Notes: a model not told the origin generated them from the letters alone. DNA of 64,000 bases from Verrucomicrobiales bacterium (GCA_046075565.1 JBJTQJ010000108.1:64001-128000); one strand, 5' to 3'. Counted from the stretch's first letter, positions 22,047 through 32,375 are shown. A program made the numbers and translations.

Positions 22047-23237
22047 TCATCGCGCCGGTTTTTTCCGAAACTCCCCCGGAGTGATGCCCATCTTCTTTTT
22101 GAACAAACGGCTCATGTATTCCGGATGTTCAAAACCCGCTTTATGGGAAATCTCGGCGAGGGAGAGATCCGATTCGGCGAGCAGACGGCAAACCCGTTCG
22201 AGACGAACGCGCAGGATTTCCGTTTTGGGCGAACTGCCGAGGATTTGAGCGAAGCGCCGCTCGAGCACGCTGCGGGAGAACGGAATGGATTTGAGAAGTA
22301 AATCGACATTCAACCCATCACAGGCGCGCTCGCGGATGAGTTTGAGGGCCGTCGCGATGTGGGGATCGTCGATGGCGAGCACATCCGTGGATTGCCGGGC
22401 CATTACTCCGACGGGTTTGACAAGAATGCAGGCGGGCTGGGCGCTTTCGCCAGCCATCAATCGAGCCAGAAGGGCTGCCGCCTCGAACCCGATCTGCTGG
22501 GTATTCAGGGTCACACTCGACAGCGGAATGTCGGACAATTCGCAGAAAATCTCATCCTTATCCACTCCGATGACAGCCACTGCGTCTGGCACCGCGATGC
22601 CGATCTCCCGGCAGCAGTTGAGCAAGGTGCGCCCCCGGACATCGTTGCAGGCCATCACTCCACAAGGTTTGGGCAAAGCCCGCAGCCATGTCATCACTTC
22701 CCGTTCCTGCCGTTCGCCGTAGGCCCCGGACTCGGCCGCCGACAGGGAGGGCGAAAGGGATTCGGACTCGAAGGTTTGAGAAGTGAAGCCCGACGCGGCC
22801 AGCCGGTTTTCGAAACTGGCACATCGCCAATCCGACCAATCAATGCCGTTGAATCCAAAGAATGCGAAGTTCTTGAAACCGCGTGCCAGCAAATGCTCGG
22901 CGGCCAACGCGCCCACTGCTTCCTCGTCGGAGCGGATACGCGCGAAGCGCGACTCGGGCAAATTCCCGCTCAAGTCAACCACCGGCGCACCGCAGCGCTC
23001 CAACACCTCCGCCATCTTCGGCGTGAAGACCCGGGCGATCACACCATCCCATTTCCAGCGGTCGAACCATTTGGGGAATTGCTCGGCGGGGTCGCCCTCC
23101 TCGAATTCAATCGACCACGGGCCGTGGATCCTCACATACTTCGCGATGCCCATCAGCAACTCCCGACCGTAACTGCGCGACGATTCGATCAACAGGGCCA
23201 CCCGGGGCGTGGGTTTGGTGCCGGTAATCTTGTTCAT
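22047..23237 (-). CDS. XylR-type transcriptional regulator (LacI-like sensor + AraC HTH)
   Basis: RVALLIESSRSYGR, AAEHLLARGFKNFAF, ACNDVRG, VPDAVAVIGVD, PLSSV, SRSVLERRF, FKKKMGITP. Confidence 0.93.
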   Translation of the reverse strand: MNKITGTKPTPRVALLIESSRSYGRELLMGIAKYVRIHGPWSIEFEEGDPAEQFPKWFDRWKWDGVIARVFTPKMAEVLERCGAPVVDLSGNLPESRFARIRSDEEAVGALAAEHLLARGFKNFAFFGFNGIDWSDWRCASFENRLAASGFTSQTFESESLSPSLSAAESGAYGERQEREVMTWLRALPKPCGVMACNDVRGRTLLNCCREIGIAVPDAVAVIGVDKDEIFCELSDIPLSSVTLNTQQIGFEAAALLARLMAGESAQPACILVKPVGVMARQSTDVLAIDDPHIATALKLIRERACDGLNVDLLLKSIPFSRSVLERRFAQILGSSPKTEILRVRLERVCRLLAESDLSLAEISHKAGFEHPEYMSRLFKKKMGITPGEFRKKPAR

Positions 23238-23380
23238 GGGTTCGCGCGGTTGGGCCGTTTCCGGCTAGAGGCCACCCGGGAGAAATCTCCTCACGGTCTG
23301 TTCGCAGTTTGGGGCGAATCGAACGATCCTTCAACCCTCAAATGCGCGATGTTTCCGTCCTCTGGGCAAGCCTTAAGGTA

Positions 23381-24558
23381 TCAGTTCGCCGCCTTCCATC
23401 GATTGGCCAGCAGAATCACGAAACCGATGGCCAGCACGCCGCTGACCGACCAGACACCCGCTTGGGGCCATTGGGGCGCGAAAAGCAAACTCAAGGCCCC
23501 GATTCCCGGCCCCACGAAATTCCCGGCCCCCATCATCGCCTCATGGATGCCCCCCTGCTCGGCCCGGGCCTCGCCTACATCCATCGAATAGAAAAGCGAC
23601 GCGTAATAGAGGATCCCCACGGCCAGGCCGAAAGCCATTTGTCCCACCCCAAGCCAGAACAAGCCCTCCGCCGTCAGGATGGAGACAAAACCCGCCAGTA
23701 GTAGCAGATAACCACCGACAAGCCACCGGTAACGGTAATGCCACCCCGGCCAGCGCCACATCAGGACAAAAGCGGCCAGCCGGGCGAAAAACCAGATCGA
23801 GCAAAAAAGACCGGCCATGGTCGTGCTCAGCCCCATCCTCCGGGCCAACTCCGGAATCATCGCCAACAGGGTGAATGCCGCCACACAGGCGAAAGGATTG
23901 GCCAGCCACGCCATCCTTTGGAACGCCCGCGGAGAAAATCCCGGGCGCACCGCCGGAGGTGTTTCTTCTTCCTCCGGGGGAGGTTCCTCTTCGGGTTCGG
24001 GATTCCCCCGGCGGTGCAAGTAACCCCACAACACGAGCAATTGCAGCAGATGAAGAAGCGGAGGAAGCCAGAAGATGCTCGCGCTTCCCAAGCGCTCGAA
24101 GATCGATCCGCCGAAAAAGTAGGAGAAGGCCGAACAGGTCGCCCAGACCACGCTGTAAATACCCACCCGATGGGCACGGGCCGGACCCTTTGCGCCCTCG
24201 GTGACCAGCGCCTCCAACGCGGGCCAGACCATGAACTGGGATGCGGCCCAGATGACCATGACCGCCAACTGCACGGCAAGGGCAGGAAAAAAGCTCCCGC
24301 CAGGAGAGCGGCGACCATACCCGACAAACCGGTGACCATCATCCGGATGCAACCGTGCCGTTCCGCAAGTTTGCCAGATTGCCATGATGCCACGGCGATG
24401 ACCAAGCCCATGAGGGCGGCGACGCCGAGATTACCCGCGTCGCCGAAGTCATGGCGATCACGGAATAGAAAGAAAATGTAATTGCCGTAGAATCCACAGG
24501 CCAGCGAGCCCAGAGCCTCGAAGAGATACAACGAATCTTTGGAGCGCTTCAATCCCAT
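23381..24558 (-). pseudogene. MFS transporter, frameshifted at a T6 run (24287-24292)
   Basis: Hydrophobic MFS helices and the GKLAERHG motif in the N-terminal frame; WPALEAL...GIYSVVWA in the second frame. One extra T restores ...GAFFPALAVQ... Confidence 0.75.
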
Positions 24559-24635
24559 GAAAGCGGGAGAGTCGGCCAAACCGGGGGAAAGTCAACGAAG
24601 CTGGCGAACGGCGAAGGACGAGAGCGGCAATCGGC

Positions 24636-25397
24636 TTACCAGTCCCCGCGCATGAAGTTGGACGGACCGCCGTATTTGGAATCGTTGGCCATCGCCATGT
24701 ATTCCTCGTAACTGAGAGTGGAAACCCGCCCGTCCACCCAGAGGATATTGCCCTTGCCGTTGTGATGCGCCGCGAAGGCGAAATTATTCTCCTTGGAGAA
24801 GCCGGAGCTGAAAATGTTGGGGCCGAAGTTGTTCTGCTTGACCGTGTCCTGCACATAGGGGGTGAGGGAAGGATTTTTCACCGCCGTGATGTTCAGGGGA
24901 TTGGCACTGTCGTTATTGTTGCCAAGCAACAGGTTGGCCGCGTAATCACCGGTGTAGGGCCACGCTGGATGATATGGTTTGCCATTGCCGGAGGGGCAAC
25001 CGAAACAAGGCGGCAGAGGATCCGCCTTGGGATCATTGAACCTCATGCTGTAATTCTCACGCCCCATGCCGAGGGCGGCTGCATCATACCAACAGAGCCC
25101 GAGGCTCATCCTATTCTCGTCCCGCAACCAGGAAACGTCCGCCCCGCCATTGGGAAAACGCCCGTTGTTCTCGGCAATGTAACCGAGTAGTCCGGTGCCA
25201 ATCGCTTTTAAATTGCTGGAACACTGGGCGCCCTTCGCCTTCTCACGCATGTTGGTGGTCAGCGAAAATGTGATCAAGACCAGCACGACGATAATGACAA
25301 TCACGATCATCAATTCGGTCAGGCTGAAACCGCCGGCGCGATTTTGCCGTAAATTTGTCCTCCATGAGCGGAGGAAAGGGTGGGGATGGATTTTCAC
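24636..25397 (-). CDS. Prepilin-type N-terminal cleavage/methylation protein with H-X9-DG domain
   Basis: GFSLTELMIVIVII, AQCSSNLKAIG, CP, HNGKGNILWVDG. Start probably GTG at 25397. Confidence 0.92.
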   Translation of the reverse strand: MKIHPHPFLRSWRTNLRQNRAGGFSLTELMIVIVIIVVLVLITFSLTTNMREKAKGAQCSSNLKAIGTGLLGYIAENNGRFPNGGADVSWLRDENRMSLGLCWYDAAALGMGRENYSMRFNDPKADPLPPCFGCPSGNGKPYHPAWPYTGDYAANLLLGNNNDSANPLNITAVKNPSLTPYVQDTVKQNNFGPNIFSSGFSKENNFAFAAHHNGKGNILWVDGRVSTLSYEEYMAMANDSKYGGPSNFMRGDW

Positions 25398-25471
25398 GGT
25401 GATTGGGAGGGCCGGGATTGGCGGGATTTCCGAACTGGTTTTTGTGAATGCTACCAAATGCCCGGCCGGTG

Positions 25472-25511
25472 TCATTGAACATTCACGGATTTTTACTGAA
25501 CTTTTGCGTCA
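25472..25511 (-). promoter_or_regulatory. Putative AraC/XylR operator (copy 2) upstream of the H-X9-DG prepilin gene
   Basis: TCATTGAACATTCACGGATTTTTACTGAACTTTTGCGTCA; same orientation relative to its gene as copy 1. Confidence 0.75.
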
Positions 25512-25574
25512 CTCGCGGGACGGAGGCACCGTCCTCTAGTAAAGACCCCGGGGCGTGAAATGGCAAGTCTGTGG

Positions 25575-27251
25575 TCACGGCTTGACCGTTTGCGGCCAGC
25601 CGGGGAATTGTTTGGCGTCCGGTTTGGTGACATCCGCGAAACGGGGCCAGCACTCGAAGGTGACTTCGCCCGATTTATTGCGGAACCGGATCAATCCGTA
25701 GCCATCGGCCCAGTTGGCGTCGGCCTTTGACTTGTCGCCGGGTTTGATTCCGGCGATGTTCTGGAGCTTCGGATCGGGGTTGGCGTAAGCGAGCATGGTG
25801 ATTTTGTTGTGGAATCCGTCGAGGTAGTCACCCGTCCAGGGCAAGGGGGACCCGGGAACGGGGTTCGCACCCGGTTTTTCATCTTCCGGCCACCACCAGC
25901 GGCCATAGTAATTGTTCACGATGGCGGGCACGACAAAGGCCCAGGGGCCGTCGCGGAATTCGTCGGTGCCGTGTTTGATGAGGGTGGCGATGTGCTGGTC
26001 GCCGGCGATGTGGACGGCCCGGGCGTCTTGGATGAGCCGGACCGCGCGGTTGCGTCCACTCTGCGGCCAGCCATTGGAATCGAGATCGGCGTGGAGGCGA
26101 TTGGCGCGCGAGCCGTGCAGGTGGGCGCCGCCGCAAAAACCGGTCTGGGAAAGCACGGCCTTCATGGCCACGCCGTCGCGCATCTTGCCCCAATCGGCGA
26201 GAAACTTCTCCTGCCGTTCGCCGAGCAGTTGCAGCCCCGGGGTGTCAATCACTTTCGGGTCGTAACTCGCATCAAGTATGTGGTCCGGACGCGGCCCCTT
26301 CAAGGGATGGCGTCCTAGCGGACCGGGCTTGAACTTGCGATCCTCGATAATGGCGAAATCCACCCCACCGAGAAGCAACCGCGTGTAATAAACTCCTATG
26401 CCTTGTCCGACCGGCGAAGGGTCGTAGGGATCGGGCAAGTGGCCGCACTGTTGTCGCTCGACCAGCTTCACGTATTCATGATGGAAGAAATATCCGCCAT
26501 CGTGCCCGGCTTCAGCCTTGGCGACCTTGCCGTTTTCGCCCCATAGATTGCCCTGGCCGATGTCGTGATCGTCAGGGATGGTGACACACGGGCGCTCGCG
26601 GAAGATCTCGCGGAAGGCAAGGCCGAACTTGAGCCATGCGGCGGTGTGTTGTTTGTGATCATAGGATTGGTCACCGGCGAAGAAAACGAGATCTGGATCC
26701 TGATGGTTGATATTGCGCACGTATTCGGGGCGCAGTCCGCGGTCCTTGTTCGAGTTGCAGGAAAGCCCGACAACGACGATCTCATCCTTGTCCACCGGGT
26801 TCTTGCGGACCAGTCCCTCGAAGGCGGCTTTCTCCCCATGGCGGAGACGGTATTTGATATTGTTGGTGTCATTCCAGTCCGGAACACGGAAGGTCGTGGA
26901 CCAACCGAGGTCGTTGACGTTTTGCCGCGCGATCTCCGTCCATGTGCCGTCTTTTTCGATTTCGAGGCGAACCTCACGGGACTCCTTCGGATAAAGCGGG
27001 TAGAGTTGCGCGGTGAGTTTAAGAATGCGGTTGTGCACGGTATAGATGCCGAAGCACACGACCTGATCGCGAGGGACCTTCAGGTCGATGATCTCGCCGG
27101 TGGGCCGGTTCCACCAGTCGTTGGTACAGAGCGAGTCCTCGCCCTTCTGAAACGGCGCCTTAACCGGCGGTTCTCCGGGGTCAGCAGGACCGGCCGCCGC
27201 GATGGTGGCGGCGAGAAGGAACAATTGGATGATTCGGGCTTTTGTTTTCAT
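25575..27251 (-). CDS. PhoD-like (alkaline phosphatase D family) secreted metallophosphoesterase
   Basis: Signal peptide, SCN, FFAGDQSY, PDDHD, DSNGWP, GDQH. Confidence 0.85.
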   Translation of the reverse strand: MKTKARIIQLFLLAATIAAAGPADPGEPPVKAPFQKGEDSLCTNDWWNRPTGEIIDLKVPRDQVVCFGIYTVHNRILKLTAQLYPLYPKESREVRLEIEKDGTWTEIARQNVNDLGWSTTFRVPDWNDTNNIKYRLRHGEKAAFEGLVRKNPVDKDEIVVVGLSCNSNKDRGLRPEYVRNINHQDPDLVFFAGDQSYDHKQHTAAWLKFGLAFREIFRERPCVTIPDDHDIGQGNLWGENGKVAKAEAGHDGGYFFHHEYVKLVERQQCGHLPDPYDPSPVGQGIGVYYTRLLLGGVDFAIIEDRKFKPGPLGRHPLKGPRPDHILDASYDPKVIDTPGLQLLGERQEKFLADWGKMRDGVAMKAVLSQTGFCGGAHLHGSRANRLHADLDSNGWPQSGRNRAVRLIQDARAVHIAGDQHIATLIKHGTDEFRDGPWAFVVPAIVNNYYGRWWWPEDEKPGANPVPGSPLPWTGDYLDGFHNKITMLAYANPDPKLQNIAGIKPGDKSKADANWADGYGLIRFRNKSGEVTFECWPRFADVTKPDAKQFPGWPQTVKP

Positions 27252-27341
27252 AATGGAGAGCGTCCGGAATGAGGGGGCGGCCATTGAGGGCATGGATGAG
27301 GGATGATTCTAGGAGACTGCCCCGATGCTGTCGAGGATTTT

Positions 27342-29555
27342 TCATTCCTGCCGGCTCACGCGCACGTGGAGGGGCTCTTTTGCAGACAGGTGCATGTCTC
27401 GCTGCGGGTAAGCCATGGAGATGGATTGTTCTTCAAAAACCCGGACGATGGCATGCCGCAACTGGCTGGCCACCTGCGTGCGCCCGGACTTCCTCATGTC
27501 GATCCAGAAGTACAGCGAAAAGATCAACGAACTCTCCGCGAAGTCCTCGAAGAGCACGAAGGGTTCGGGTGAGGCGAGCACTTCATTGTTAGCCGTAGCG
27601 ACCTCCACCAGCAAGCGCGAAATTTTGTCCGGATCGGTGCCATAATCCACTCCCATCCTCACCGTGCTTCTCAGCATATGGTCGGTGTGGGTCCAGTTGG
27701 TGACGTTGTTCTCGAGAAGTTCGCTGTTGGGGATGACCGTCTCGATGCCATCCCAGTGGCGAATGATGGACGAACGCATGCCAATCGTAGAAACGGTTCC
27801 CTGGATGCCGCCGACATCCACCACATCGCCGACCTTGATCGGTTTCTCCGCCTGGATGAGAAGTCCGCTGATAAAATTACGGATGAGGTTCTGCGTGCCA
27901 AAGCCGACGCCGATGGCAAGGGCACCCCCGAGGAAGGCGAAGGCGGTGAGAGGAATCCGGGCGTAATGGAGCGCGTAGAGACCGAGCAGAGACATCCCGA
28001 GGATAATGAACCAGCGCCGGACGGTCTGCGCCTTCGCCGGATCCAGATGAAGACGAACGCGCATGCGTTCGGCCAGACGGGAAGCCAAGGCGCGGAGAAT
28101 GAAATACCCGGCCGTGACAATGCCGACGAGGAAGAGCAATTTGCCGAGGGTGATGGAGCGTTTCGCGGGCACGCTGCGCCCGTCCTCAAGTTTGACCATG
28201 TCCTCGACCGTGTAGATTTCGAACTCCCAGAGACCACGCAGTGTATCGGACACTTTTTTGGTGGCACGTTTGGTCCACGCGCTGAAACCGCTTGTTTTTT
28301 CCGCATCATCAACCTGCGGCATCCAGACGCGGCGCTGCAGCCCCACGTCCCCGGCTTCTTCGATGGCGATCTGGAATTCCCGATCGATGGCCTTGAGTTC
28401 CTCCAGATAGGCGGTGTCTGCCTCGGTGGCTGGTTTGGGAGCATCCTCCTGATCTTTGATGGCGGCGCGCAGCACCCTCTGGCGCGAGTCGAAAAGGGCC
28501 CGCCACATCTCGGGGCGAGTGAACAACTCACCTAAGCGTTCTTTATCGGCAGCGGCGCCATCGGCATTCTGGTTATTGATCCAGCGCTGACGGGTTTCGA
28601 GCAATTCGCGGCGGAGATCGACCAAGGCGAGTTGCCAACCGATCACGTCACCACGGGTAGTGAGCCCGGCCTCGGCGACGCGGAGGCTAATCGACGCACG
28701 TTGCGTGCGGCTCAACTTCTGGCGTTCGGCGGTCAGCCGGGCGCGGATGGTCTCCAGTTCGGCCAGCGCGGATTTCAGTTCCGCATCGGTAAAGACAAGC
28801 GGGCTGCTTATCATTTCGAGTTGGCGATTGGCGAGGGCGGAACGCACGCGTTCGACCTTCAGAGAGATTTCGATGCTGCCCAATTCCACCTCGGCGGCGG
28901 CTTTTTCCTCGGCGGCACTGTTCAGTCGCAAGGTTGCATCATCGAGCCGGGCACGGGCGTCAGCGCGAGCGGCGTCGTCGGGTGCCTTCTCCAGCGCCTC
29001 GCGGGCGCGCCGGACGGCGGCGTCTTCCTCGAGCATCCGATTCGATATCTCAGTCACGGAAGCGGCGACAACCTTCTGAAAGCCTTCGGCCACGAGTATC
29101 GCTTCTTGGGAGGAGATGAGCGTGCCGCGATATCGGTCGGCCAGCAGCCAGGAATACGGTGGTTTGCCCGGTGGGCCGTTCCACTCGGCGGATTGCTTCT
29201 CGATGGCCTTGAGGCGGGCCTCGCCGGACTTGCGGAGTTCGATGGCCTGGAGGTGACGTTCCGCGGCATCGATGGCGACTTCGAGCAGTGCGATCCGGGT
29301 GCCGACTTCGGGAGTGGGCACACCTTGTTTGAGATTTTCGGACTGGGCCGTCCACGCCTTCAATCGATCGCGCACGCCCTCTGCAGGATCGGTTTTTCCT
29401 TCGGGCGAGTCTGCCCGCACAAACGCCGGCACCACCAGCAAGCACCAGGCGAACACGATGACACGTGCCGAGGCTGCGCAAACGAGGGAAACAAGCGAGT
29501 TCACGGACGATTTCAGCTTAAAGTGCGGGGATCTGTAGGAAGAAGAAGCGGCCAT
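27342..29555 (-). CDS. MscS-family mechanosensitive channel with a long periplasmic coiled-coil (MscK-like)
   Basis: GALAIGVGFGTQNLIRNFISG, PIKVGD, IGMRSS, IPNS, VTNWT, YPQRD. Confidence 0.92.
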   Translation of the reverse strand: MAASSSYRSPHFKLKSSVNSLVSLVCAASARVIVFAWCLLVVPAFVRADSPEGKTDPAEGVRDRLKAWTAQSENLKQGVPTPEVGTRIALLEVAIDAAERHLQAIELRKSGEARLKAIEKQSAEWNGPPGKPPYSWLLADRYRGTLISSQEAILVAEGFQKVVAASVTEISNRMLEEDAAVRRAREALEKAPDDAARADARARLDDATLRLNSAAEEKAAAEVELGSIEISLKVERVRSALANRQLEMISSPLVFTDAELKSALAELETIRARLTAERQKLSRTQRASISLRVAEAGLTTRGDVIGWQLALVDLRRELLETRQRWINNQNADGAAADKERLGELFTRPEMWRALFDSRQRVLRAAIKDQEDAPKPATEADTAYLEELKAIDREFQIAIEEAGDVGLQRRVWMPQVDDAEKTSGFSAWTKRATKKVSDTLRGLWEFEIYTVEDMVKLEDGRSVPAKRSITLGKLLFLVGIVTAGYFILRALASRLAERMRVRLHLDPAKAQTVRRWFIILGMSLLGLYALHYARIPLTAFAFLGGALAIGVGFGTQNLIRNFISGLLIQAEKPIKVGDVVDVGGIQGTVSTIGMRSSIIRHWDGIETVIPNSELLENNVTNWTHTDHMLRSTVRMGVDYGTDPDKISRLLVEVATANNEVLASPEPFVLFEDFAESSLIFSLYFWIDMRKSGRTQVASQLRHAIVRVFEEQSISMAYPQRDMHLSAKEPLHVRVSRQE

Positions 29556-29557
29556 GT

Positions 29558-30175
29558 TTACTCGCCTCCGAGGATTCCCGTCCAGTTCGCCTTGTGGCCA
29601 TCAAGTTTGAAAGTTTCGAAGGCGTAGATGGCATCGTCGTTGGTGGGATCGAGAGCCACGGCGAGGTCCAGGAAACACCCGGCAAGGCGCAAGTTGTCGG
29701 CACCTCCGGGCTTGCGGAGTTCCTCCGCGCGACCAACGAGAAGGGACGAGAACGAACCAGCGGCCATCGATGGATCGGCGGATTTTTTCGGCACCACTCC
29801 GGTCTTCAAGCGACCATTGGCAATGACCGCAGGGCGGGATCTCGGATCGAGGTGCAGCGCGAGACCCACCAATTTGCGCGCGAGATCATATTTTTCCTGG
29901 GGCACACCTGTCAGCTTGCCCTCTTCGTCCGCATATTTTTCCGCGACGGCCAGTAGGGCAAAGGCCGCCAGATTCTCTGCATATTGGCGGCGCTCGATCT
30001 CGGCCATGCCAAGGTCATCAAACTTGAAAACAGCCGGCTCGATGATTGGCTCGGCGTAGCGGACATTCGCCTCCCCGGGAGTCAAGACCTGCCCTGATGA
30101 CGGGGAAACGAGCGCCCCGCCGCAAATCGCGGCGACGAGGGTTATCCAGAAAACGTGGGACAGGCGTTGGCTCAT
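29558..30175 (-). CDS. Secreted hypothetical helical protein
   Basis: Signal-like N-terminus; abuts the MscS gene; repeated ALxLDP helices. Confidence 0.7.
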   Translation of the reverse strand: MSQRLSHVFWITLVAAICGGALVSPSSGQVLTPGEANVRYAEPIIEPAVFKFDDLGMAEIERRQYAENLAAFALLAVAEKYADEEGKLTGVPQEKYDLARKLVGLALHLDPRSRPAVIANGRLKTGVVPKKSADPSMAAGSFSSLLVGRAEELRKPGGADNLRLAGCFLDLAVALDPTNDDAIYAFETFKLDGHKANWTGILGGE

Positions 30176-30223
30176 GGTGGATCAAGCTAGCATTTCTTCG
30201 CCATCTGGCCAATGGTGATTGGC

Positions 30224-30808
30224 ATGGATGCCCAATTCCCACTGGACAAACCCGCGTGGCGTCGCGAAATGAAGCGTCGCTGGAGGGAATCCTGTGTCGA
30301 GGATCGCACGGCCTCCACCGCCGCACTGGCGGAAGCCCTCCGCCTCTGGCTCGACCACCGCCCCGGCGGGGTGCTCTGGTTTTCCCCTCTACCCGACGAA
30401 CCGGATCTGCGCCCTCTGGCCCGGGAGCTTGTCGAAGCAGGCCGCCGCCTCGCCCTGCCCCGGGTGACCGGGGAGGGACTCGCCATCCACGAATGGAATG
30501 GCCAAAACGCCTCGCTGGCCGCCGGAGCCATGGGAATCCTCGAGCCTGATCCAGAAAAATGCCCGGAGATCGAGCCATCGTTTTTGGCCGTGGCCGTCAT
30601 TCCCGGATTCGCTTTTGATCCTCAAACGGGCATCCGGCTCGGACGAGGCGCCGGTTACTATGATCGATGGTTCGCCAGGTCAGGATTTCAAGGCGAATCC
30701 GTGGGTCTGGCTTTGCCCTGGCAGTTGGCAGGTCCACTCCCCCGCGAGGAGCACGACCGACCCATGGGTTGGTTGGCCACGAGCCAAGGAATGGTCCGGC
30801 CGGGATAG
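30224..30808 (+). CDS. ygfA: 5-formyltetrahydrofolate cyclo-ligase
   Basis: LPRV, GILEP, PGFAFD, RLGRGAGYYDR, EEHD. Confidence 0.92.
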   Translation: MDAQFPLDKPAWRREMKRRWRESCVEDRTASTAALAEALRLWLDHRPGGVLWFSPLPDEPDLRPLARELVEAGRRLALPRVTGEGLAIHEWNGQNASLAAGAMGILEPDPEKCPEIEPSFLAVAVIPGFAFDPQTGIRLGRGAGYYDRWFARSGFQGESVGLALPWQLAGPLPREEHDRPMGWLATSQGMVRPG

Positions 30809-30850
30809 TTTTGCCAATAGCCTGAATTCGTGGCATGTTTCCTCTCCCCC

Positions 30851-31876
30851 ATGCTGCCCTGGTTCCAGTCCGGAAAATTTCCCCTTTACCTCGCCCCCAT
30901 GGCGGGAGTGACGGATTTTGTCTTCCGCGGGCTCTGCAAGGAACTCGGTGCCGATGTTCTGGTCACCGAATTCGTGAGCGCCGAGGGTATCGTGCGACGC
31001 GATGATCGCACGCGTCACTATACCGAATTCACCGACGAACAACGCCCGGTTGGTGTCCAACTCTTTGGAGGAAACCCCGACAGTCTCGCCGAAGCCGCCC
31101 GCAAGGTGGTCGATTGGAAACGACCCGACTTCATCGACATCAACTTCGGGTGTCCGGTCAATAAGGTGGTGGCGAAAAATGGCGGCAGCTCCTTGCTCAA
31201 GGACTGTCCACTGCTTGCCCGAGTCGCTTCGGCCATCGTGAAAGCCGTGCCCGTGCCGGTGACCGCGAAGATCCGCATCGGATGGGACCATCAGAACATC
31301 AATGCGCCCGAAGTCTGCCGTCTACTTGAGGACTGCGGCATCGCAACCATCGCCATACATGGCCGCACGCGTTCGCAAGGATACTCCGGCGAAGCGAACT
31401 GGGATATCATCGGCGAATGCGCGGAAACGATCTCGCTTCCGATCATCGGCAACGGCGACATTACAAGTGGCGCCGATGTCGCGCGCAGGAAAACTTCGAC
31501 CAAAGTTGCCGGGGTGATGATCGGACGTGCCGCCATGAGTTACCCTTGGGTTTTCCGCGAGGCACGCGAGTATTTGCAAACCGGCCAGCAGCCCGCGCCG
31601 GTAGCTCCGGTGGACCGTTGGAATTTGATCACCCGCCATGCCCGCCTCGCCATCGCCCGCGGCACCAAAGGCGGCGAATTACACACCATGATGAGCCTGC
31701 GCTCCCGTTTCATGGCCTACACCAAAGGCCTGCCCGGCGGCAAACATCTGCGCCAGCGCTTCAGTCATGTTTCCTCGCTCATGGAACTCGAGGACATCGC
31801 GGCCGCCCACCTCGAGGGTCGATTGTTTGAAACCGATGAGCACGCCCACGCCCTGTCCGCATCTGCCGCCGATTGA
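30851..31876 (+). CDS. dusB: tRNA-dihydrouridine synthase B
   Basis: LAPMAGVTD, DINFGCP, KIRIGW, IHGRTR, IGNGDI, GVMIGRAA. Confidence 0.93.
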   Translation: MLPWFQSGKFPLYLAPMAGVTDFVFRGLCKELGADVLVTEFVSAEGIVRRDDRTRHYTEFTDEQRPVGVQLFGGNPDSLAEAARKVVDWKRPDFIDINFGCPVNKVVAKNGGSSLLKDCPLLARVASAIVKAVPVPVTAKIRIGWDHQNINAPEVCRLLEDCGIATIAIHGRTRSQGYSGEANWDIIGECAETISLPIIGNGDITSGADVARRKTSTKVAGVMIGRAAMSYPWVFREAREYLQTGQQPAPVAPVDRWNLITRHARLAIARGTKGGELHTMMSLRSRFMAYTKGLPGGKHLRQRFSHVSSLMELEDIAAAHLEGRLFETDEHAHALSASAAD

Positions 31877-32375
31877 TCGCGTGTGGCCCGCCGCCGAGTT
31901 GTCCGGCCTCGACCCACTCGGCAAAGAGGCCGGGGAGTTTTATCTCACGGCGTTGCGCTGTGCCCAATCGCGGTGGCTAGACGGACTTCCCGCCCAATCA
32001 CTACTCATGCTCAACCGCGCATTCGCCTGCGGATTCGAAGATGACAACCCTTTGTTAGAGAGCCATCCATGGCCCTATGAAGCTCTGGCTTGGATTTTGG
32101 AAAATGCCGGGAGCGGCGACTTTCTCGGCAATCCCCGGCGTCATTTCCAGCACCTCGCCACACGTATGAACATCGGACCACTGCGCGACCTCCGGGTCGC
32201 CCGCGCTTGGGCCTGCTGGGCTATCACAGGGAAAGTGCGACCGGAATTCCCAAGCGATGAAGAACAAATCGCGAGAGAAGGCCTCGAATTGCCCACACTC
32301 GTGGAAATCATCGCCTTCCCTGTTTGGTCAGACCGCCCGACAGAAGCATCCGTTTGGGGACGACTGGTCCGGTGA
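31836..32375 (+). CDS. Hypothetical protein overlapping the 3' end of dusB
   Basis: MSTPTPCPHLP...FYLTAL..AQSRW..GLPAQS...FLGNPRRHFQHLATRM; fills the gap after dusB. Confidence 0.7.
   Translation: MSTPTPCPHLPPIDRVWPAAELSGLDPLGKEAGEFYLTALRCAQSRWLDGLPAQSLLMLNRAFACGFEDDNPLLESHPWPYEALAWILENAGSGDFLGNPRRHFQHLATRMNIGPLRDLRVARAWACWAITGKVRPEFPSDEEQIAREGLELPTLVEIIAFPVWSDRPTEASVWGRLVR

Noticed and set aside
30176-30223. 6S RNA upstream of ygfA, a common arrangement
   Set aside because: The intergenic gap is under 50 bp, which is too short.
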